Source: Bdellovibrionota bacterium (GTDB taxonomy: Bacteria > Bdellovibrionota_C > UBA2361 > OMII01). Taken from it: a stretch of DNA of 64,000 bases. The position numbers and the translations under genes were made by a program. The DNA lies in assembly GCA_044345405.1 (NCBI GenBank), contig JBIJBE010000011.1, positions 1 to 64,000 on the forward strand. The letters are read 5' to 3'. The notes beneath the pieces were generated by a model. It was not told where the DNA came from. It did no database searches and saw only the letters and a program-made list of their open reading frames with translations. Below, one piece after another: positions 1 through 9,335 of this stretch. Position 1 is the first letter of the stretch; each line of letters opens with the position of its first letter.

Positions 1-129
1 AAAGAGCATAACGTTGGCTTAGCCTCTATAGAATTGGAATGTAGCCCCTAAGTCCATAGAAACATTCGCAGATGCTTGGCCATGAGGCTTGGAGGAGCCG
101 TGCCCGTTCGTAGGCGGAAGGACTAGGTT

Positions 130-3108
130 TTGGGTAAATCGATAAACTCTCTTAACTTTTTGCGACTAGGTGTCGACAAATCGGACATAGTGGTTGGTAC
201 TGATGTGGCGATACGAGACTCTCTCTCGCAACGGCTCGTGCGACCAGCTTTAGCCCATGCCATTCAGCTCATGCTCTCGTTGTTCATGGTATCTTTCGCT
301 ACAACGGTGGTAGCTCAGGCTCATCCACCGATGGCTCGAAGCGATTCTAATGGGTACCGAACGCTCGATAATTCGACTGCTTCTGTGGCTCCATTGAGCG
401 TGGGATTTGTCGCTAGAACAAGTGTTCGATTGAGGGGATTTCCTGCGACCACTAGTATTCTGTGTGTCGATCAAAGTGGCACAAATCTCACTGTTGAGAG
501 TGTGAACGGCACGTGGGTGCGTCTCAAGAACCTGCGCCCAGGCACAACGTACTCGGTGGTCTGCTCTCGTTCCGGCGATTCCGACACCTATACAGCCACT
601 TTCCGAACCTTTACTCAAAAAGAGGTCGTAGTCCCTCACGTAGGAGTGACCTCACAGCTTGGATCTCACACGATTGGGGGAACGAACTGCTTCGCGCAGA
701 GCCGCCATATGGGGTACAATCCCGTGACCGGTCGTTACTCGATTTTTGGTAAGGGTATTCACCTTCTGGCCGGATACCAAGCCCGGGTCTGTTTCGCCGA
801 ATACAACGGACTTACATGGGACGTGCTGGAGATAGACGCTCCACTCACGTCGTCCTCTGGGTCTTGGTCTCGTAATCATCCGCAAGGTATGGCCTTTGAC
901 TCCTCAGGCACCGTCTATGCGTACGAGCGGGCATCGAACGCGTATCGCATTCACAAGTGTGCATCAAATTGCGCGGCATCGGCGAGTAACTGGTCGCACG
1001 GGGCGATACCTATCGTCTGGCAGGGTGAGATGATTACGACCAACGACGGGTCTGCTCTTCTGTCGACTGCATACTCTAGCGGTAACGTCGTGCTGCAGAG
1101 GTGTTCTTTGTCGAGCGACTGTTTGGATACTGCAAATTGGGCTACGAGCGCTTCCTTAGTCACAGGGCAGGGCGGCTATGCGCAGACCCGCCTCTTCCAG
1201 GACAGTAGCGGAGGTTTATGGGTGCTAGCGAGCAACACCACCACGCCGTTACTCCATTGCTCAAGTGGGCAGGATTGTATGGTTGCGTCAAATTGGGTGA
1301 AGGGAAAAATTAACAGCGGGCATACCAATGGGTACAACAGCGGCGATCAGTACCGAGCTTTCATCGGTGAAAGGGATGGAAAGCTCGTTATCCACTATAG
1401 CTACCTCAAGATGTCAGCAGGATATTGCGAGCTTGCTGGCGGATCTTGCGGAACGGTCTCAGGAGGAGTTTTCACGAGCTTCACCAGTTCGGCGACTTCA
1501 ACCGGTATAGCAGGAGAATATGCGGGCATGTCATCTTCACAAATGGTGTATGCATCGTCTAGCGGTTCGGGATCGAGGTGTACTGGGTCCCTGGATGAGT
1601 GCCTTGTACCTACGAACTGGAGCTCATTCACCTATCCTGATTTGGAGACCACCGACGGGGCATGGACTGGGCTCGGAGGAAACACGATCATCGGTGATGA
1701 TGATTCCGTGCAGTTTTCGCTGATAGGTGGCGTCTCACCATACTACGGCGTGATGCTCTATTCCCTCGACACCGTGGCTGAGGTGCCGACACCAACTCCT
1801 ACCCACACACCGACTCCAACCAGCACCGTGACGGCTACCTCGACACCGACAACCACTCCGACTCAAACGACCACCGCTACACCAACGCCGACCGCTACAG
1901 CGACCTTGACGCCGACACAGACTGCGACCCTGGCGCCGCCGCCTGCTTTGGCGTTGCCAGCGATGCCCGAGGAGGTGCCTATTGTTTCGTCAAACACCGC
2001 GGTCATTCGAGGGACGGGAAATCCTGGAGAAACGCTCGTTGTTCTCGTCAATGACTTCGTGGCGGTCCGAACTAACATTGACGAGCGTGGCGACTGGCAG
2101 GCGCGTCTTCCGCGACTTGTCCCGGGAATGCATGAGCTTGAAACGTATAGTGAAACAGCGGATGGAGTGAAGAGTGGGGTTTCTGCTGCTGTGCCCATCC
2201 TCATCGTCGAATCGGCACCCCTCGACTTCGCTCGTACTGGACATTCCTCGATAACGGCGTGGCGTCGACTTGGAGAGACAATTCGATATAAAACCCGCAG
2301 CGAAACAAGCGCATTGTGGCAGACCAACGACATACCTGGTCGTTACCCGGTTCCTGGTGATTACGATGATGATGGTGTTACTGATGTTGCGGCGGTAGCG
2401 GTTGAGAATCGCTACCTTCTGTGGACAATTAACTCCTCCAGTTCAGGAGAGATCATTAGGGAGCGCTTGGGTAAAGATGGCGACAAGATTCTGACAGGGT
2501 GCAAACTTCAAACATCCACAAAGCATTCCTTAGTGACGTTTCGAAGTCGAGAACGCACTATTTTCACGAAAGAGCTGGGGGAACGGCGAGTGCGCTGGTT
2601 CGCCGCGCCAGGAATCGAGCAGGGCGATATCTTGGGATGCGGAGATACCAATGGAGATGGAATTGATGAGGTGTTGTTCAAGGTTCCGGGTAGTCGTAAC
2701 GGTAAAGATAGGATCATAGCTGTTGATGCGCGCTCTCGCACGACTACAGGTAACGAACTCACCCGGTCGGGAAGGATAGAGATCGTTTCTCGATTGGCAA
2801 GCGAAGCTCCACTCGTTGCCATCATCGGTAATAGGACAGGACGAGGCGCGCCTATCCGGGTTGAATCACTGGCAGGAACGTTTTCATTCCCCTCATTCTA
2901 TGTGGCGAGCCGCGAGTTGATAAGCAATGGAATTTTCGGGGACACGGCGTTCGAACAGGTGCCCGGACTTGTTTCGGCTAACCCTCGCACTCGAATAATT
3001 CGTCTACACCTGATGCGCGCTCAACCGCATTCGCGTGCGCTCTTCCGGCTCCCGAGAGGCTTCAAGCTAGCGAGGCCAAGGGATGTCATTACCACTGCAG
3101 GACGCTGA
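130..3108 (+). CDS. Large secreted modular protein (FN3-like, Cys-paired propeller-like repeats, PT linker, Ig-like, FG-GAP-like); true start probably 205 or 271
   Basis: Signal-like LMLSLFMVSFATTVVAQA; LKNLRPGTTYSV (FN3-like); repeated C-x3-5-C-x4-NW; PTPTPT linker; Ca-binding-like GDYDDDGVTD and GDTNGDGIDE. Confidence 0.7.
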   Translation: MGKSINSLNFLRLGVDKSDIVVGTDVAIRDSLSQRLVRPALAHAIQLMLSLFMVSFATTVVAQAHPPMARSDSNGYRTLDNSTASVAPLSVGFVARTSVRLRGFPATTSILCVDQSGTNLTVESVNGTWVRLKNLRPGTTYSVVCSRSGDSDTYTATFRTFTQKEVVVPHVGVTSQLGSHTIGGTNCFAQSRHMGYNPVTGRYSIFGKGIHLLAGYQARVCFAEYNGLTWDVLEIDAPLTSSSGSWSRNHPQGMAFDSSGTVYAYERASNAYRIHKCASNCAASASNWSHGAIPIVWQGEMITTNDGSALLSTAYSSGNVVLQRCSLSSDCLDTANWATSASLVTGQGGYAQTRLFQDSSGGLWVLASNTTTPLLHCSSGQDCMVASNWVKGKINSGHTNGYNSGDQYRAFIGERDGKLVIHYSYLKMSAGYCELAGGSCGTVSGGVFTSFTSSATSTGIAGEYAGMSSSQMVYASSSGSGSRCTGSLDECLVPTNWSSFTYPDLETTDGAWTGLGGNTIIGDDDSVQFSLIGGVSPYYGVMLYSLDTVAEVPTPTPTHTPTPTSTVTATSTPTTTPTQTTTATPTPTATATLTPTQTATLAPPPALALPAMPEEVPIVSSNTAVIRGTGNPGETLVVLVNDFVAVRTNIDERGDWQARLPRLVPGMHELETYSETADGVKSGVSAAVPILIVESAPLDFARTGHSSITAWRRLGETIRYKTRSETSALWQTNDIPGRYPVPGDYDDDGVTDVAAVAVENRYLLWTINSSSSGEIIRERLGKDGDKILTGCKLQTSTKHSLVTFRSRERTIFTKELGERRVRWFAAPGIEQGDILGCGDTNGDGIDEVLFKVPGSRNGKDRIIAVDARSRTTTGNELTRSGRIEIVSRLASEAPLVAIIGNRTGRGAPIRVESLAGTFSFPSFYVASRELISNGIFGDTAFEQVPGLVSANPRTRIIRLHLMRAQPHSRALFRLPRGFKLARPRDVITTAGR
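153..179 (+). promoter_or_regulatory. Candidate sigma28 (FliA)-type promoter
   Basis: TAAC-N15-GTCGACAA versus consensus TAAA-N15-GCCGATAA. Confidence 0.35.
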
Positions 3109-3239
3109 GCCTTAGGGTCGTGGTCCCAGCATAACTAGAAAAGACCCTGTAGGTATCTGAGATTAAAGGTCTCAGGGAGGTATGCTGCAAAGGCCTGGTG
3201 GGCGATCGTGAGCTGGAGCGTCGGATTTGGCGGAAAAGC

Positions 3240-3267
3240 TAAACCTAACTATGAGAGGTGTCGACAG
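3240..3267 (+). promoter_or_regulatory. Candidate sigma28 (FliA)-type promoter
   Basis: TAAA-N16-GTCGACAG, 45 bp before ATG 3312; shares AGGTGTCGACA with the 153-179 site. Confidence 0.4.
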
Positions 3268-3311
3268 ACCTATAGGGCACAATTGGTGAAAAGCCATTCC
3301 GGGAGGGGCAT

Positions 3312-4025
3312 ATGAATAGTCGATGCAATCAACGGCGCAGGTTCATGGGCGTCCTAGTGGCTGTAGTCGCAGCAGCACTTCCCGAAACTAGCTTTGGGGA
3401 TTCGAGCTCCTCCGCTGATAAGCGAGTTACATACCTCGAACCGATTATCCTGAGCGACCGTATTGTAGCGTCGGCGGCAAGTCTCTCGGGTTCTCCGGGG
3501 AATCAGACAGAGGTCGACTTTATTCGGTACGCGGTAGAGGTTCGCCGGTCGTATGGGTACGGACGACGCCCCTCGGCGGCGCTGCAGAAACTTCGAGATT
3601 CTCTCAAGCGTAATCCCGGAGCGGTCTTTGACTTTTTAATGCGGTGGGAGCGTGAGGCGCAAGATTGCACCGGGACAGCGACGGCGAGTCTTTTCGCTAC
3701 CTTCGCGGACCTTGCCCCTTCCTACGGCGCTTTGAGGGAGTGGGTGGATATCAGACTGACAGACATTGCGAGATCGTCCGACACGAAAACTGCCTTCCGA
3801 TTTCTTCGGTGCGCTGAGGACCCGCATGCCATCACGCAGAGTGACGTAGATCTACTCACCTCAATTTTTGTAGGGATTAGGTACCAGTTGGCAGCGAAGG
3901 GAAAGGGCAAGCCGTTCACCGTTCCGACAGAGCAGGTGCTGTCAAAGATATCGCAGCCGGCGCTGAGGGCGGCGGTCGCTAGGCTTGAAGCGATAACAGA
4001 TGTACGTGGATCTGGAGTGAGGTAA
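3312..4025 (+). CDS. Hypothetical exported helical protein (possible Tat signal)
   Basis: RBS GGGAGG; N-terminus QRRRFMGVLVAVVAAA; no recognised domain. Confidence 0.7.
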   Translation: MNSRCNQRRRFMGVLVAVVAAALPETSFGDSSSSADKRVTYLEPIILSDRIVASAASLSGSPGNQTEVDFIRYAVEVRRSYGYGRRPSAALQKLRDSLKRNPGAVFDFLMRWEREAQDCTGTATASLFATFADLAPSYGALREWVDIRLTDIARSSDTKTAFRFLRCAEDPHAITQSDVDLLTSIFVGIRYQLAAKGKGKPFTVPTEQVLSKISQPALRAAVARLEAITDVRGSGVR

Positions 4026-4029
4026 TCAT

Positions 4030-5022
4030 ATGGAAAGGGTTATCGAAAGAGGATGCAGGACGGCAATAGCGGTTTGTATCCTTGCATGGGCCTTGGTGTG
4101 CATCTGTCCAGCGCATGCAATTGATCCTGATCGGTGCTCCTCTCGGGAGTTGGGTCGCATGGGTGACGAGGCGGCAGATGAGATTTTAGACCTCATACGA
4201 GGTCTTGAGTCCGAGATCGCGTCCTATAGACAGATGATGGATGATTCAGTTCGGCGTTTATCCCTCGCAGAGAGACGTCTCAAGGAGCTAATGGAAGAGC
4301 TCAAGGATATTCAGTTTCGAATTCGTTTGGGCCTTAACTTACCCGGATGGCCATCCTACGAGCTCAAGGCAGAGGAGTCACGCCGGCTCGCGGAGATCGC
4401 AAGTCTTCAGGAGTCTGTTGCGAGCTGGAGACGGAACTTCGCGGCAATTCAAGAAAATATCGATTTTAGGTTGAAACAAATAACCATACTCCGCGAGAAG
4501 CTTAACGCGTTGGTCAACGCATTCGCTAACCTCATTAGCAATTCCTCAAACCATTCTCGATCGATTGTCTATGAAACTGCATGTAAATTGAAAAATGCTA
4601 CTGATAGCGAGGATGTCTCAAACATCATGAATCCAATCAAGGACCCCCCTTCGATGTGGCGCCGTCTTCTGCCGGATCCTTCCCGGGATATGCGGTCTCA
4701 ACAAGGAGGTAACTACAGAAGCAGTTGGAGTGGATGTTTCAACGCAGTCGCTGCGATAGGCGGTGCCATCATCACGCTATGGCCATCCGATTCCGTGCAG
4801 GCGGGCCAATCCCCAGCCCCTTCAGTGAACTATCCTATTTGGCGAGGTCCGAACACACATGGCTCGCCGATCTGTCCTCCTGAGCCGCCTTTGTCTTGCC
4901 CTCCGTCCCCCTATGTGTGTCCGGAAGAACCTCCGGTGGCACCGACAGCGACCGCAGTACCCACCCGAGGTAGTTCGAGTTCCTCTCATTCATCGAGCAG
5001 CTCTCAAGCGAATGAGGAGTAG
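4030..5022 (+). CDS. Hypothetical secreted coiled-coil protein with hydrophobic segment and Pro/Cys-rich tail
   Basis: Signal peptide ending AHA; long heptad region; CFNAVAAIGGAIITLWP; CPP repeats and PTATAVPT. Confidence 0.7.
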   Translation: MERVIERGCRTAIAVCILAWALVCICPAHAIDPDRCSSRELGRMGDEAADEILDLIRGLESEIASYRQMMDDSVRRLSLAERRLKELMEELKDIQFRIRLGLNLPGWPSYELKAEESRRLAEIASLQESVASWRRNFAAIQENIDFRLKQITILREKLNALVNAFANLISNSSNHSRSIVYETACKLKNATDSEDVSNIMNPIKDPPSMWRRLLPDPSRDMRSQQGGNYRSSWSGCFNAVAAIGGAIITLWPSDSVQAGQSPAPSVNYPIWRGPNTHGSPICPPEPPLSCPPSPYVCPEEPPVAPTATAVPTRGSSSSSHSSSSSQANEE

Positions 5023-5031
5023 GGAGGAAAC

Positions 5032-5898
5032 ATGAGATCTGGAAAGAGAAGAATCGGGTTTCTTGTCCTCATGGGGAGTTTCCTCTCGGTGCTCAATCCA
5101 AGTGTGGGGGCTTGCCAAGGACTCTCCTTTGCCGCAAGTCATGCGCCTCCGCAGATCCTGGACGTTGTGATGTCGACGATGGCGAACCTTCCAAAGGTGG
5201 AGCAGCTCAAGACGTATACGACAGCAGAGGAATATAATCGTGCCAAGCTGTACCTATCGGGTTCCGAGCAGCTTGTAGATCAGCTGTTGGGTCGTCAATA
5301 TCGATCGTATGTCCGGTTCGGTGTAGCACTGCGGCGTGCCTCCGTCAGTAAGGGAGCGGCGCTCGTTGCGGATCGAGAGCTCGGGACGTTGAAGCAACTA
5401 ACCCGGTCTGCGGGGGCGGGATGGATCCACAGTATCATCAGTACTCTACAACGAAGCTCGATGTGTCTTAATTCAGTATGGGTCGATGCTCTCTTTCCGC
5501 TCCTGGAGTTGCCGGAGGGGCGCGAGATCGTTCAAGACTACGCGGTTCGGGCGATCCAACGATGGAGTACTGGTGGCGGCTTCTCATGGGCCTGTCAAAA
5601 TCTCCGAGTGTCACCAATTCACCGGCAACGATTCGCGATTGATCTCTTTTATCTTTATCTCTACACCATCCCTGATCCGATTGAAGCGATGGGTCTATAT
5701 CAGAATATTAATGAACGTTTGACTATCAAGCAGTCTCAGATAACCCTCGGTAGGGCAATGACACTCTTCTATCGCTCGCCGGCCGCGAGTCTAAAACTCT
5801 CTGACTTCCCACAAGAGGAATACTCCGAGGCAGGTGATCCCGGAAAACTAAGAGCTTTAAGTGATGCGGTTTCGCTCAAGGGGAGGGGGGGAAGATGA
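5032..5898 (+). CDS. Hypothetical exported helical protein (possible lipoprotein)
   Basis: RBS GGAGG; KRR followed by hydrophobic stretch and VGAC; ATGA overlap with next gene. Confidence 0.7.
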   Translation: MRSGKRRIGFLVLMGSFLSVLNPSVGACQGLSFAASHAPPQILDVVMSTMANLPKVEQLKTYTTAEEYNRAKLYLSGSEQLVDQLLGRQYRSYVRFGVALRRASVSKGAALVADRELGTLKQLTRSAGAGWIHSIISTLQRSSMCLNSVWVDALFPLLELPEGREIVQDYAVRAIQRWSTGGGFSWACQNLRVSPIHRQRFAIDLFYLYLYTIPDPIEAMGLYQNINERLTIKQSQITLGRAMTLFYRSPAASLKLSDFPQEEYSEAGDPGKLRALSDAVSLKGRGGR

Positions 5899-6815
5899 GG
5901 TCCATCTACCGTTATGCTCATGTGGCTTTGCTGTGTGTCGTCGCAGCACTTCCTGCGCGAGAGCTAGTGGCGTCGCCGATTGAAACTGTGGGTAAGGCGT
6001 GTTGGAAACAGTTGTCGAATGGTAACGCAAACGCCGCAGTCGATGTGGCGGCAGCCGCAGCGATGATTAAAAATGATACGATTAAAGGGATCGAGAATTT
6101 TGAATCAGGTATGAACATGTGGCAAGAGGACGGCGCATCATTCGATGCGTGTGGACGGATTGTCGAAGGCGCCACTACGGTAGGTGAGATAGCGGTTGTA
6201 GCGACTGACGCGGGAGCTGCCGGCCTGATAGTGGTGTCCCAGGCTGCCGGGGCGTCCAGTGGAGCTGCCCTGGGTGGTAGCGTACTATCTTTCACAACTC
6301 CCCTTGGGCTTGCCTTTTTGGGTGGCATGGGGTTGAGCGCCTGTGTGGGTGGAGTGTCGGACTTGGACGCGCAGTATTCTCTGAAATGTATGGAGAAGGA
6401 GCATAGTAGACTCAATGATGATGGCCTCGATTGTGGATGGTTTGACCGTCAGATAGCATCCAAAAAACGTACGCTCGTGAACCTTCCTGAAGACGGCTCT
6501 GCAAGAAAACGTATTGAGGACGGTATACGAGATCTTGAGAAACGAAAAGCGGACTGTAAAGCGAGTAGAGAGGTCATCCGCGATGCGCTCAGCGTTGGTG
6601 ATTGTCATGGCCCAGGGATGAACTCTGAGTTCATGATAACGCGCTGCGAGAGTATTCGAGCGCTCTTCTGTTCTAAGGATCCACGGTGGGAACGCAGGAA
6701 GAACAGGTTGAAGGCAACCTTTCCGGAGTGGGGAGTCGAGTACATCCACTGCGGAACTCCGATCGCTCAACCAACACCAACCGCCACCATGGAAGAGCAA
6801 TTCTATCTTTACTGA
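5895..6815 (+). CDS. Hypothetical secreted Cys-rich protein with Gly/Ala-rich hydrophobic hairpin
   Basis: Signal peptide; AGLIVVSQAAGASSGAALGG...LGLAFLGGMGLSAC; short coiled coil; PTPTAT tail. Confidence 0.7.
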   Translation: MRSIYRYAHVALLCVVAALPARELVASPIETVGKACWKQLSNGNANAAVDVAAAAAMIKNDTIKGIENFESGMNMWQEDGASFDACGRIVEGATTVGEIAVVATDAGAAGLIVVSQAAGASSGAALGGSVLSFTTPLGLAFLGGMGLSACVGGVSDLDAQYSLKCMEKEHSRLNDDGLDCGWFDRQIASKKRTLVNLPEDGSARKRIEDGIRDLEKRKADCKASREVIRDALSVGDCHGPGMNSEFMITRCESIRALFCSKDPRWERRKNRLKATFPEWGVEYIHCGTPIAQPTPTATMEEQFYLY

Positions 6816-6830
6816 GCGTATTCACGGCGC

Positions 6831-8258
6831 TTAGTGCCGGACTTTGATCTGTCGCTGAGCCGCATCTCCAATCAGACGGATTGACTGTTCGATGCGCGAT
6901 GAAAGAGAGGTGCCGAAGGGGAAACGAAAGAAACGTTTGGCGTCTCGGTGGTTTCCAAAGATAATACCAGGTGTGAGCCCAGTATGTGCCGATGCTAGAG
7001 AATGAAAGAGCTGTGTGGTGTCGGTTCCGTGCGGAAGTTCTATCCATAATAGAAATCCTCCCAGGGGCCGTGTAATGCGGGAGTCCGCCGGGAGTACCTC
7101 TTGCAGGGCCGCGCGGTAGGACTGCGCGTACATCGCGAGTTTATTCCCAGTCAATCGACTGTGGCGTCTTAGTCCGTCGCATGAAAGAAACTCGGCCACA
7201 ACCTCTTGCGTGAGAGTTGGACACGAAATCGATTGAAGAAACTGCGACTGCTCAATTAGCGGTCGAAATTTTCGTGAGATCGACCATCCCACCCGAAATC
7301 CTGGCCCCAAAACCTTGCTGACGGAACTGCAGTGAATAACCACCCCTTTGGTGTCAACCGTAACAAGGGGGAGCGGTCGCTCCGCGCTGTGAGAGAGCTC
7401 TCCATAGACATCGTCCTCAATTATAAGGGTCTCATGTTTCGCGGCGAGCCGGACGAGCTTTTCCTTGGTGGAAAGAGCCATGCACGAGCCCGTTGGGTTG
7501 TGATAATTGGGAATAGTGAGGAGTGCCTTGATGGTTCGGGAGGCAAGCGCGTTGGCGAGCGCCCTGAGGTCTATTCCCTCACCCGGAATGTGGGGCACGG
7601 AGACAACCCGAAGATTGAGCGCCGCCGCCGCGTGCATAAATAGATAGTAGGTCGGAGACTCTAGTACGATGGTGTCTCCGGGGCGGGTTATCGCCCTGAG
7701 CGTGGTCGTAATAGCGTCGAGCGCCCCGTTATGAATGACGATGTCACTTGGAAGGACCTTAGCGCCAAGGGAGCGATAGTGGCGGGCTATCTCCACCCGT
7801 AGGCGCTCGCATCCTGAGGGTGGTCCGTATTCGCTAAATGCCTCTCCGGTTCTTCTCGCTATTCGAGCGGAGTAGCGACTCAGTGCTTTGAGCGGTAAAA
7901 GCTCTGGTCCCGGAATAGCCGCTCCCAGCGCGCGAAAGCCAAGGTTGGAGTTTGCTCCAATGATCTGACTGATGATACGAAGCTCATCATTTGGGGAGGA
8001 GATCTCTTCCCGAGGAGTGTACGGCGTAGGCTCCTGCCGAGCGCTTTGAGGAAGCACGTAGTACCCGCTCTGCGGGCGAGCTTCAATGAATCCTTGACGC
8101 TCAAGAAGTCTGTATGCGCCCTTTGCGGTGATAAGACTAACCCTCCATCGCGCGCACGCGTCGCGAAGTGATGGCAGCTTGTCTCCACTACCAAGCGCGC
8201 CGCTTTCGATGTCCTCAGTAATTTCGCTAGCGATCTCCCGGTATCGTGCCATGGGCAT
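6831..8258 (-). CDS. MocR/GntR-family regulator (wHTH + PLP-dependent aminotransferase-like domain)
   Basis: GDKLPSLR...VSLITAKGAYRLLE...RPQSGYYV wHTH; HNPTG, IIEDDVY, SVSKVLGPGFRVGW PLP motifs. Confidence 0.93.
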   Translation of the reverse strand: MPMARYREIASEITEDIESGALGSGDKLPSLRDACARWRVSLITAKGAYRLLERQGFIEARPQSGYYVLPQSARQEPTPYTPREEISSPNDELRIISQIIGANSNLGFRALGAAIPGPELLPLKALSRYSARIARRTGEAFSEYGPPSGCERLRVEIARHYRSLGAKVLPSDIVIHNGALDAITTTLRAITRPGDTIVLESPTYYLFMHAAAALNLRVVSVPHIPGEGIDLRALANALASRTIKALLTIPNYHNPTGSCMALSTKEKLVRLAAKHETLIIEDDVYGELSHSAERPLPLVTVDTKGVVIHCSSVSKVLGPGFRVGWSISRKFRPLIEQSQFLQSISCPTLTQEVVAEFLSCDGLRRHSRLTGNKLAMYAQSYRAALQEVLPADSRITRPLGGFLLWIELPHGTDTTQLFHSLASAHTGLTPGIIFGNHRDAKRFFRFPFGTSLSSRIEQSIRLIGDAAQRQIKVRH

Positions 8259-8266
8259 CCTCCAAA

Positions 8267-8310
8267 CTGTATATATGAATAATTCATATAACTAAGTCTG
8301 TATATATACA
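8267..8310. promoter_or_regulatory. Putative MocR operator between regulator and cysD
   Basis: Direct repeat CTGTATATAT at 8267 and 8298; perfect inverted repeat TATATGAAT-A-ATTCATATA at 8272-8290; palindrome TGTATATATACA at 8299-8310. Confidence 0.65.
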
Positions 8311-8353
8311 CTGAGCGGTTTGGTACTTCTTGGATACTTCATAGGAGGAACGT

Positions 8354-9322
8354 ATGACCACCGCATTGGCGCAGACTATTGAAAAACGTGAGATATCGCC
8401 GAGCCTGCCTGCTCTCTCTACCCTTGATCGTCTTGAGGGCGAGGCGTTCGATATCTTATGGACGAGCCGAGCGGAGCTAGCTCCGGCGGGACTCATGTTC
8501 TCTGCGGGGAAGGATTCCGCGTGCGTAGTTCACCTCGCGGAGAAGGCGTTTCGAGAGTCGTCTGGAAGACTTGAGTTCCCATTCTCCCTCGTTCACTACG
8601 ACAGCGGCGCCAATTTTCCCGAAGTTCTTGAGTTTAGAGAGGAGACCGCGCGACGATTACACGCGGACCTCAAAGTTTTTCATCTGCCCACCGCGGCCGC
8701 CGAAGGTATCGTAACGGCCCCGCTCGATAGCGTCGAGGATCCGGGGAACGTGCGCGGCTTGGTACAGCTCATCAATTATTCCGCTCGCTCACTTGAGGTG
8801 CGGGCCTTGATCGGGGGAGGGCGCAGGGATGAGGAGTTGGTGCGCGCGAAAGAGCGGATCTTTTCGGTACGCGACAGCGCTGGACGGTGGGATCCTCACG
8901 CGCAACGGCCCGAGCCGTGGTCGCTCTACAACACTAGGCTTAGGCCGGACGAGCACATGCGAGTGTTTCCGATCAGCAACTGGACCGAACGAAACGTGTG
9001 GGAATACATCGCTCGGGAAAATATCGCGTTGCCCTCGATCTACTATGCGCACGAACGCGATGTGGTGCGGCGAAACGGCGCATGGTTGGCCGTTTTTTCA
9101 GATACCAGGCTGAACGCCAACGAGCGAGTCGAGCGGCGAATAGTGAGGTGCCGTACCGTTGGCGATCGTCATACGACAGGATTTATTGATTCCGAGGCAC
9201 GCACACCGGCCGAGGTTCTCAGCGAGATCCTTCGCGCTCGAACCAGCGAACGTGCGGGTAGGATCGAGGATGGTGGGGCGGGAACCGACATGGAGAGCCG
9301 CAAACGATTGGGATGGCCTTAA
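8354..9322 (+). CDS. cysD: Sulfate adenylyltransferase subunit 2
   Basis: PP-loop FSAGKDS; GGGRRDEE..RAKERIFS; QRPEPW; RVFPISNWTE; SERAGR; RBS AGGAGG. Confidence 0.92.
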   Translation: MTTALAQTIEKREISPSLPALSTLDRLEGEAFDILWTSRAELAPAGLMFSAGKDSACVVHLAEKAFRESSGRLEFPFSLVHYDSGANFPEVLEFREETARRLHADLKVFHLPTAAAEGIVTAPLDSVEDPGNVRGLVQLINYSARSLEVRALIGGGRRDEELVRAKERIFSVRDSAGRWDPHAQRPEPWSLYNTRLRPDEHMRVFPISNWTERNVWEYIARENIALPSIYYAHERDVVRRNGAWLAVFSDTRLNANERVERRIVRCRTVGDRHTTGFIDSEARTPAEVLSEILRARTSERAGRIEDGGAGTDMESRKRLGWP

Positions 9323-9335
9323 GAGGAGTATAGTT

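Noticed and set aside
1780-1935. DNA tandem repeat/VNTR
   Set aside because: Degenerate ACN/CCN codons of a Pro/Thr linker; no exact nucleotide unit
8298-8313. LexA/SOS box-like CTGTATATATACACTG
   Set aside because: Does not fit CTGT-N8-ACAG; better explained as part of the MocR operator
9159-9335. N-terminal extension of CysN overlapping cysD
   Set aside because: A strong RBS and the homology start point to ATG 9336
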